A DNA stretch of 64,000 nt from Phyllobates terribilis (Eukaryota). A model generated the notes under the pieces. The model saw nothing but the letters and a program-made list of their open reading frames with translations, made no database searches and had not been told where the DNA came from. Positions 8,672 to 18,760 of this stretch are shown piece by piece; the stretch's first letter is position 1, and every line of letters starts with the position of its first letter. The position numbers and the translations under genes are program-made. The DNA is taken from assembly GCF_046119375.1 (NCBI RefSeq), contig NW_027362763.1, forward strand, positions 72,168,001-72,232,000, given 5' to 3'.

Positions 8672-11634
8672 TACTGATGAGCGAGCACTAAAATGCTCGG
8701 GTACTCATTGTTCGTGTCGAGCAAATTGGAATACTCGGGTGCTCGACCCGAGCAACGAGCCCAATGTAAGTCTATGGGAAACTCGAGCATTTTTCAGGCG
8801 ACTCCCACCGGTGGTCTTCAGAGGGCCTAAAAATTGCCAAAATCGATGGGAACAGTGCTCAATTGACATGGGAACAGCATGGGGAAGACCCCTGGAAGCA
8901 TTTCGGACTCCCAGGTCACTGCTGTCAACAATGTTGTCAGAGGTATTACGCCACTTTTACGGACTCACAATAAACATGCAAATACAAAATCAAAATGGAT
9001 TTTCCGGGGAAATATGTTAAGGAACATCCTTTCCAGGGTATATAAGGCAAAATAAATATGCAAAAACAAAAATACTCCTCCACACCTTCGGCTATGTTCA
9101 CATGTAGCGTTTTTGATGCATTTTTGCACTTTTATATTGCTTTCAACCAAGACAAATGCATTCACTGGGAATTGTCAAGTGGGTCTCCCATACTGTTATT
9201 CCGTATGCAGTGACTGCAAGGGCTTCAAAAAATGTGGATGCAACCCAATACCACTTTGAAGAGACATAGAGGAGGGTCTCAGTAAAAAAATGTTCCCATT
9301 ATAAAGAAGCCAATCTCCTATAGTGGTAATGCCCATGCTGTGACTGCAATGGCTGCCAAAATTTAGGAAAAACCCCACTAACAATTTAAAGACACATAGA
9401 GCATGGCCAAAGTAACGAGTACGACATGTTCCCTTTAGAAAGGAGAGGGTCTGCTATTCAGTTATAGGGTATGCAGTGAAGCAACGGCTGCCAAAGATTT
9501 GGAGGAACTCCAATGCCCCGTGAAAGAGACGTAGAGGTCGGAGGACCTCCTGCAAAAATGCTCCCATTATTAGGAAGTGGGTCTCCCATACTGTTTGCCT
9601 ATGCAGTGAAGCAACGACTGCCAAAAATATGGAGGAACTCCAATGTCCCTTATAAGAGACATATAGGTCAGAGGGCCTCCTGCAAAAAATGCTCCCATTT
9701 TTAGGAAGTGTGTCTCCCATACTCTTTGCTTATGCAGTGAAGCAAGGGCTGACAAAAATTTGGAGGAACTCCAATACCCCTTGCAAGAAACATAGATATG
9801 TTGGTGATATGGTGGTGGAGGATGAGGATGCAGAGAAGGAGGAGGACAATAGCAAATAGACAAAATGAGGAAGAATATACCCATGTCTGGGTGTGAAGAC
9901 GTAGGTGCATGGGAATAGAGTTAGACCTCTCAAAAAAAAGACACTGTATTTCAGCTTATCTTACGCTGCTATCATTCAGTGGTGTTGAGAATTCTGGCCA
10001 AATCCAGCCCTTGTTAATTTTTATAAGAGCCAGCCTGTCAGCATTTTCAGTTGACAGGCAGATGCACCTATCAATTATAAATCCACCAGCGGCACTAAAA
10101 ACCCGCTCTGACCAAACGCTAGCGGAAGGGCAGGCCAGGACCTCCATGGCGTAGAGAGCCAGTTCATGCCACGTGTCCAGCATGGATACCCAATAATTAT
10201 AAGGCACAGAGGAATCACGGAGGATGTTGCACGGTAGGCAAAGTACTCCCTCACCATCTTCCGAACTTTTCCTTCCTTGGGAGAATATCCCGAGCCTCAG
10301 GGCCTGTGCGATGGGAGGGTCTGAGAAAACTGTCCCAGAACTTTGACAGTGTTCCCCTGCATTTTTCTGGATTGCATTTCTGTCTCTCTTGCCTGCTGTA
10401 CTCCTTGGTTTTCCAATGAACTGTGACCTCTGCCGCCAGCGTTTTCAGATGGGAATTTTTTTATTAATTCCGCAACAAGGGCCTTCTCATACTGCCCCAT
10501 TTTATTAGGCCTGTCCTACAAGGGAATAAGAGACAGAAAGTTCTCCTTGTAGCATGGGTATAGAATTGTCACCAACCGGTAATGACTGTCACCCAAAATT
10601 TGGACAAAGCAAGGGTCACGGGAAAGGCAGCGTGACATAAACTCAGCCTTGTGTGCCAGATTGCAAAGAGACAAGACTTCTCTGTCCTCACCAAGAGGAC
10701 AACTGGCCTTGCTCTCCTCCTAATCCTTCTCCTCTTCCTCCTCCTCCCTGTCCTCAGGCTATCCATGCTGAACAGATGTTATGACAGTTGTGCAGGTAGT
10801 ACGGTCTATAGCACATTGTCACCCAATCCTCGTTGGGATGAGATGAGGCTGGGCTGTGTGTAATCACCCTATATTGTTCCTTGCTCCAGCTCATCATGCT
10901 CTGCCTGCAATGCATCCTCTTAAATTGTGAGCAGAGAGCGTTTCAGAAGACAGAGAAATGGGATGGTGACGCTAATTATGAAGTCATCGCTGCACACCAT
11001 CTTGGTGGAGTCCTCAAAGCTTTGGAGGACGGTACAAATGTCTGACATCCATGTCCACTCTTGAGGTTTCATGTGTGGAGTCTGACCTGAACACCGACAG
11101 CCTTGTTGATGATGGTAGTCAACAACTGCCCTCTTCTGCTCACAAATCGTTCCCAACAACTGCAATTTAGAGTTCCAAAGCGTGGGAACAACGAAGATGC
11201 AAGGGCGCTGGAAGCTGTAGCTGACTTTCTAAGATGGGCACACAGGCGGCATACTTTGACAAGCAGATTGGACATATCCGGATAGGTTTTGAGAAACTGC
11301 TTAACCACGAGGTTAAGCACATGGGCCAGACATGGTACGTGTGTGAGCTCGCCGCACCTCAGAGCCGCCACCAGTTTCCCGCATTGTCACACATGACCAT
11401 GCCTGGCTGTGGGGTCAGAGGTGTCTGCCACAGATCTGCCTGCTCTTTCAGAGCTGTCCACAACTTTTCAGCGTTGTGCGGCTTGTTGCCTAAGCATATT
11501 AGCTTCAGCACAGCCTGTTGCCGCTTGGCCGAGGCAGTGCTGCAGTGCTTCCAGCTTGCGACTGATTTGGTCATTTCGGAGATGGAGGCTGAAGAGGAGG
11601 AGGAGGTGCAGGAGCTGTAGAATGTGGGGGCAAC
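8672..11634 (-). mobile_element. hAT-A: 3' part of a decayed Ac-group hAT transposon (TIR, subterminal repeats, C-terminal transposase); also 35477-38436
   Basis: TIR TACTGATGAGCGAGCA at 8672. Frameshifted fragments MCDNAG, THVPCLAHVLNLVV (CxxH) and LACPSASVWSERVFSAAG (catalytic E / dimerisation domain). Confidence 0.9.
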
Positions 11635-12050
11635 TGTTCGAATTTATGTTGTTCTACTATTGTTGTGGTTTGCTGGCTTCTAGTCTTTTCCTCTGGTGCT
11701 TGGTGTCTTGTTCACATGATCTCTTCACTCTTTATTATTCAGCACCTGTCTCCCATTCCCCGCTGGACATCAGTGTTGTTACGCTTGTGCTCTGGCTAAG
11801 TTGCCTTGTTTATTTTGTTTGTTCGTCTGTCTGCTACTATTTCTGTTAGGAGGTGTCCATTTTGCTCCCAGTCCCTAGTACTTGTAGGGATTCCTTCCCC
11901 ACATCTATAGGTCTCCGTACAGACTAGCTTAGGACTTTAGCAGGTCTGATCGCAGGATCAGGTTCCCCGTTACATCGTAGGGATCAAGCTGAGTTCTATC
12001 GTAGGGACAGCTCTCCTCTCTTTCCTTAGCTTTGGTAGCAGAACATAACA
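11635..12050. mobile_element. Solo-LTR-like segment (416 bp, TGTT...AACA) without TSD; also 38437-38852
   Basis: hAT homology stops at ggggcaac(t). The segment ends cataaca. Flanks gcaac / ctttc do not match. The second occurrence starts TATT rather than TGTT. Confidence 0.6.
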
Positions 12051-12346
12051 CTTTCAATGCTGGCAAACAAGAGCCATGCAGTACAGCATATTCAAAACAT
12101 TATTCCCATTATTGGGGAGTGGGTCTCCCATAGTCTTTGCCTATGCCTTCCAAGCAAAAGCTGCCAAAAATTAGGACGGAGGAACTTGCAATGCTGACCA
12201 CGGTCACCCTGGTGGTATAGTGGTGGTGGAGGCTGAGGATAAGGAGAAGAGCAAAATACAGCCGAAATGAGAAAGCGTATACCCATGTGTGGGTGTGAAG
12301 CGGTGCATGGGAATACACGTCCCGAAATAACACAGTGGATTTGACT

Positions 12347-15300
12347 TTATGTTACTTTGCTGTCATTTGGTGGTGATGAGAAGTCTGGCCCAATCCAGCC
12401 CTTGTTCATTTTGATAAGGGTCAGCTTGTCAGCATTGTCAGTTGACAGGCGAGTGCACTTATCAGTTATAATTCCCCCAGCGGCACTAAAAACACGCTCC
12501 GATAACAAGCTAGCGGCAGGGCAGGCCAGGACCACCAAAGCGTACAGAGCGAGTTCTTTCCAAGCGTCCAGATTGGATATCCAATAATTAAAAGGCACAA
12601 AGGAATCACGGAGGAAGCTGGTACGGTCGGCAAGGTACTCCCTCACCATTTTTTGAAAGTTTCCATTCCTTGTGAGAGTACCCCGCGCCACAGGGCCTGT
12701 AAGCTGGGTGGGTCTCAGAAAACTGTCCCAGAATGTTGTCAGTGTTCCCCTGCCTCTGCTGGATTGGAGTTGCATCTCTCTCACCTGTACGCCTTGGTTG
12801 GTCAACGAACTGTGACCTCTGCTGCTAGCGTGTTCAGATGGGAATTTTTTTAACAGTTCTGCAGCAAATGCCTTCTGGTACTGCACATTTTTGTAGACCT
12901 ATCCACCTCAGGAATAAGAGAGTGAAAGTTCTCCTTGCAGCGGGGGTCTAAAAGTGTCATCAACTAGTAATGACTGTCACCCAACATTTTGAGAACGCGA
13001 GGGTCACGGTTAAGGCAGCGTAACATAAAGTCAGCCATGTGTGCCAGACTGGTAACGGGCAAGACTTCCGTGTTCTCCATAAGATGATCACTGACAATGC
13101 TCTCTTCCTCCTCCTCCTTCTACTCCTTCTCCCCCCTGTCCTCAGGCCACGCTGAACCAACGGTATGACAGTTGTACAGGTACTACCGTCTACAGCGCAT
13201 GGTACCAGCTACTGTTCTTACTCCTCCTCCTCCTCTCCCTCATTGTCCCCCAATGCACGTTGGGATGAGATGAGGCTGAGCTGTGTTTAATCGCCCATTA
13301 CGGCTCCTTGATCCATCTCATCATACTCTATCTGCAATGCCTCCTCTTTAATTCCCTGCAGAGAGCGTTGCAAAATACAGACATCTTGGTGGACTCCTCA
13401 AAGTTTGTCAGGATCGTACATATGTCAGATATCCAGGTCCACTCCTGAGGTATTATGTGTGGAGTCTGACCTGAATATTGACGGCCTTGTTGCAGCTGGT
13501 ACTCCACAACTGCTCTCTTCTGCTCACAAATCCTTTGCAACATGTGGAGGGTAGAGTTCTAAAGTGTGGGGACATCACACACCAGTCGGTGTGCCGGAAG
13601 CTGCAAACGCTGCTGCAACACAGCAAGGGCAGTGGAAGCTGTCGCCGACTTCCGAAAATGGGCTGACAGGCGGCGCACTTTGACGAGCAGATCTGGCAAC
13701 TCGGGGTACAATTTAAGAAACTGCTGAACCACGAGGTTAAGCACATGAGCCAGGCATGGTACGTGTGTGATCTCGCCTCGCCTCAGAGCCGCCACCAGGT
13801 TACTGCCATTGTCACACATGACCATGCCTGGATGTAGGTTCAGCGGTCTCAGCCACAGATCTTCCTGCTCTTTCACAGCTCTCCACAACTCACAAGCAGT
13901 GTGAGGTTTATCACCTAAGCTTATGAGTTTCAGCACAGCCTGTTGTCGCTTGGCTGAGGCAGTACTGCAGTGCTTCCAGATTGTAACTGATGTGGTGATA
14001 TCTGAGATGGAGGCTGAACATAAGGAGGAGGAGGATGATGCGCAGGAGCTGTACACTGTGGGGCAACTCTGACTGACATAGGGCCCGCAATCCTCGGTGG
14101 GATGATGTGTTCCATCCCAAAGTACGACTGGGTCCTGACTTCCACTATGTTTACCCAGTGTGCCGTCAGGGAGATGTACCGTCCCTGGCCACAAGCACTT
14201 GTCCACGTGTCCGTTGTCAGGTGTACTCTCCCAGTAACTGCGTTGTTGAGGGTATGGCAGATGTTTTGGGACACGTGCTTGTGTAGTGCGGGGATGTGTC
14301 GGCTGGGGACCGAGTACTGAGGGACGGCCACCGCCATAAGGTTGCGGAAGGATTCCGTCTCCACCAGCCTAAAAGGCAGCATTTCCAATGCAAGCAGTCG
14401 TGAAATGTGCAAATTTAGGACTGTGGCTGTGGGGCGTTGGCTGCGAATTTGAACTTTCATTCAAAGCTCTGGGATATGGACAATTGAACGCTGCGGTGCA
14501 TCATGCAGTATGGACAGGGGATTGCCTTGCAAGCTCAACAGGGGGTTCTCTTACATGCACAACAGCGGAAGAAGCAGTGGTGACACCCGCTGACACTGGT
14601 TGTGGACCCGGGGGTTTGCCCCACAAAGTCGCGTGCTTTGCTGACATGTGCCTGATCATGCTGGTGGTTGTCAGGCTGGTAGTTTTGTCACCCCTGCTGA
14701 TGCTGGTATGGCAGGTTTTACAAATGTTCTTTTTGGTGTTATCAGCAGAGTCTTTAAAAAAATTCCAGACCCTGGAAGACCTACCGGTTGTACTGGCAAC
14801 GTCCCTCATGTTGGTGTTACGGGGAACTGTTGCCCGCCTTCTGTGTGCGGCCACCACACTGCTTCTTCCTGCCTTTTGGGGTGCTCTGCCTCCCCCCTCC
14901 CACATGTGCTGCTGGCCTCACTCTGCGTGTCCTCCTGCCACGTTGGGTTAGTTACTAGATCATCCACCACCTCCTCCTCTTCCACTTGCGCACCACGATC
15001 CTCCTCCTCACTTCGTGACAATTGCGTCTCGTCATCGTTCACCTCTTGTGACAAATTGCCAGCGTCGACTTCCTCTGGCCGTGGTTTTTCAAATATTTGG
15101 GCATTGCTACATGGGATCTCCTCTTCCACCACTATAAGCGTAGGAGGCGAGGGGCCCAAAAATATGGAAATGGACCAGTGAACAGCTCTTCAGAGTGTCC
15201 AAGTGTGGGATCCGTTGCTGTCTGACGACACTCGGCATGGTGGGAGGAAGGAGCATCAGGGTGAGGAGGAGTATGCTGTCGAGACTCACGGCTACTAAAA

Positions 15301-15596
15301 CTTGACAGTGTGGAAGACAGACCGGAGGTGGTGGTGCCCAGGTAACTGGAAGTATTATCTGCTATATGATTAATAACCAGTTCACACTGATCAGTTCGCA
15401 ATACTGGTGTTGTAGTTTGCTTCCCTAGTAATTCGGTCAAGAAGTGGGAGCGAGAAGATGTGGCTGTTGGCTTTGGCACATTTTCACCTTGATCACGGCC
15501 CGGTCCTCTACACGCACCATCACCAGAACGTCCAGTTCCACGTCCCTTGCCACGCGCCTTGCCCATTGTAAATGAAGTAAAATAGCTTACACTCAC
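12347..15596 (-). pseudogene. hAT-B transposase pseudogene (BED zinc finger + DDE + dimerisation domain); also 39149-42398
   Basis: ORF fragments 15132-15596, 14806-15159, 14501-14905, 13930-14460, 13559-14206, 13328-13543 and 12347-12886 tile a transposase in changing frames. Confidence 0.9.
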
Positions 15597-15668
15597 ACTA
15601 CCAATGAAAAAAGGGAAATAAAAAGGAGATTAGTACCATGGAAGAGGAAAACCACTGTTCTATTTCTC

Positions 15669-16760
15669 TGGCCTACACCAGAATATTTTAAACAGATATA
15701 ATTGTGTCTGAACAGTCAGGGAGACAATATTACTATTTTTTTATGTAAAAAAGGCCAAAAGCTGGATAATACAGAGATTTGAACCGTGCAACTGCAAAAC
15801 CAAACTTCTAGTTATCTGGCCTACACCAGAATATTTTAAACAGATATATTTGTGTCTGAACAGTCAGGGAGACACTATTACTGTTTTTTTTATGCAAAAA
15901 AGGCCAAAAACTGCATAATACAGAGATTTGAACCGTGGAACTGCCAAACCAAACTACTAGTTATCTGGCCTACACCAGAATATTTTAAACAGATATATTT
16001 GTGTCTGAACAGTCAGGGAGACACTATTACTGTTTTTTTTATGCAAAAAAGGCCAAAAACTGCATAATACAGAGATTTGAACCGTGGAACTGCCAAACCA
16101 AACTACTAGTTTTCTGGCCTACACCAGAATTTTTTAAACAGATATATTTGTGCTTGAACAGTCATTGAGATACTATTACTGTTTTATTAATGTAAAAAAG
16201 GCCAAAAGCTGGGTAATACCGAGATTTGAACCGTGCAACTGCAAAACCAAACTTCTAGTAATCTGGCCTACACCACAATATTTTACACAGATATATTTGT
16301 GTCTGAACAGTCAGGGAGACACTATTATTGTGTTTTATGTAAAAAAGGCCAAAAGCTGCATAATGCAGAGATTTGAACCGTGGAACTGCAAAACCAAACT
16401 TCTAGTTATCTGTCCTACACCAGAATATTTTAAAAATATATATTTGTGTCTGAACAGTCAGGGAGACACTATTACTGTTTTTTTTATGTAAAAAAGGCCA
16501 AAAGCTGGATAATACTGAGATTTAAACCGTGGAACTGCAAAGCCAAACTTCTAGTTATCTGGCCTACACCAGAATATTTTAAACAGATATATTTGTGTCT
16601 GAACAGTCAGGGAGACACTATTACTGTTTTTTTATGTAAAAAAGGTCAAAAGCTGGATAATACAGAGATTTGAACCGTGCAACTGCAAAATCGAACTTCT
16701 AGTTATCTGGCCTACAACAGAATATTTTAAACAGATATATTTGTGTCTGAACAGTCAGGA
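15669..16760. repeat. About 148-bp tandem array inside the hAT-B 5' region (about 7.3 units); second occurrence 42471-45349 has one extra unit plus the Tc1
   Basis: tggcctacac-like motif at 15669, 15817, 15966, 16115, 16264, 16411, 16560, 16708. Confidence 0.95.
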
Positions 16761-18136
16761 GGACGCTCAATTTTTTTTGGGGGGGCCGGGGAAATACCAA
16801 AAGGTTAATAAGACATGTATTTGTACAGTCTGACTGAGGGAAAAAAATACAGGATTTAGATGAAAAAAAAATAATTTTTCCTGGCCCCTGAGACCGGGGG
16901 ATAAGTCTAGCAATTTGACCAACAGGAGCACACAGGACTGTAATGCAGTGTTTGTTGGTATAACCACTGCATCTCCTATACAGCCAGCCTGCCTGCCTGA
17001 TATCTGGGATGGATATTATTCCTGAGAAGGACTGTTTGTTTGATTTGGTAGGCTTTAGAGACCCTGCACTAACTATTTTGCAGTATAAATCTCTCCCTAG
17101 CTATGGAGCACTGACCCTACACTGTCTGATCCGGAGCGACTGTGTCCAAGATGGCGGCGCTGGGTTGTAAATACTCGTGGTGATGCTGTGCGGCCAGCCA
17201 ATCACTGTAATGCCCACAAACAACATGGCTGTGGCATTACAGTGACTGGCTGGCAATCCCTGCATGTTCATTGGCTCTGTAAAGAGCACCAAATGTGCAG
17301 GGCGGAGACCCGAGCTCCTGCCCGAGTAACCCGGAAATGCTCGGTGCTCGCCGAACATCCCGAGTAGCGAGTTGCTCGGCGAGTATCGAGCAGTGTTGAG
17401 CATGCTCGCTCAACACTAATTATTACTAGAAATGAGAGAACATGTTCGGAAAATGTTTGTTTTTTTCAAATTTGGCATGAACATTGCACATTCAGATTCG
17501 TGATCGGACACCAGAGTGTTTTTACTGAAAATTGGTCCAATTTAGCCAAAGTGCGGTAAATGATTGTGTTTCCATGACTGTAATTTTTATGACTTTGGCC
17601 AGGATAGTAGTGTGCTGTATGATGAGCGAAGGGGGGGTGGGGGAAGATGTGTTTGATGAGGGGACGGGTGAGGACAGGTCAGATTATCGGAGGGCTGTAA
17701 ATCTTATTTTTTTTTCTTCTTAACCTAATGTATGCAGATTCCGACAAGCCAATCAGGGTGCAGGAACCATTCACAATGTCCAGACATAAGGGCTTGTGCC
17801 ATTGGCTGCTGAAGTCACATGTCCCTCTCCACATAAAAAGTGGACATGTTGTTTTAGTGCCATTTTACCAGTGTAACAGCGCAGAGAGGCTGGTCCTGGA
17901 TACTGAGATATTGACGTAGTTATCTAGGCAGTTGCTTCTAAGTCAGATAGTTTAGATAGATAGGATCCTGTGTGGATGTGAAATTGACCTTCCAACATAG
18001 TAGTGTGGTCCAGATGGAAATAACAAGCCACACACATTTCAGCATAGAACTCTTTTGAGCTGATATAGTGCTCCATGCAGGAGTACACCTTTGAAATTAT
18101 TTTTTTCTGTTCCTACTTTGCTATATAAAGTAGGTC

Positions 18137-18760
18137 ACATCTGAGCTTGCAATTTATTTGCGCATAGATTCAGCAGTATCCAGAACTCATCCAAAGTAAA
18201 AAAAAATCTAATTTCATCTGTTACTACAGTGATACTCACAGAAGGCCAGATCTCAGCTTGCAATTTTTTGGCGCATATATTCTACTGTATCCAGGCCTCA
18301 TCCATAGTAAAAAAAAACTCTAATTTCTTCTGTTACTAATGTGATACACACAGCAGGCCACATATGAGCTTGTAATTTATTGGCGCATATATTTTACTGT
18401 TTCCAGGCCTCATCCACAGTAAAAAATCTAATTTCTTCTGTTATTAACGTGATACATACAGCAGGCCACATCTGAGCTTGTAATTTTTTGGCACATATAT
18501 TCTACTCTGTCCAGGCCTCATCCACAGTAAAAAAAAAAATCTAATTTCTTCTGTTACTAACGTAATACATATAGCAGGCCACATCTGAGCTTGTAAGTTT
18601 TTGACGCATATATTCTACTGTATACAGGCCTCATCCAAAGTAAAACATCTAATTTCTTCTGTTACTGACGTGATACATACAGCAGGCCACATCTCAGCTT
18701 ATATTTTTTTGCATCTGAGATTCTACTGTATCCAGGGCTCCACAGTAAAAAATCTAATTT
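18137..18760. repeat. About 111-bp tandem array in the hAT-C 5' region; also about 46726-47348
   Basis: cacatctgagcttg...gcatatattctactgtatccaggcctcatcca repeated about 6 times. Confidence 0.9.

Larger units (their letters stand above)
12051..17418 (-). mobile_element. hAT-B: near full-length decayed hAT lacking its left (3') terminus; also 38853-46007
   Basis: TIR tgctcgctcaacacta ends at 17418. Fragments in order: MGKARGKGRG N-terminus, BED finger (VWNFF..ICKTC..MIRHMSAKH), LTTDTWTS (D), MCDNGSN (D), CLAH, SERVFS (E). Several frameshifts. Confidence 0.93.

Noticed and set aside
14388-15181. Plus-strand ORFs of 177-187 aa
   Set aside because: They are antisense shadows of the GC-richer hAT-B transposase; no independent motifs.
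12347-15596. Domesticated ZBED-type host gene
   Set aside because: Multiple frameshifts, a retained TIR and subterminal arrays indicate a decayed transposon.
15669-16760. Regular repeats as a possible CRISPR array, and the repetitive ORFs over them
   Set aside because: Whole units repeat with no unique spacers; eukaryotic context, no cas genes; internal to a hAT element.
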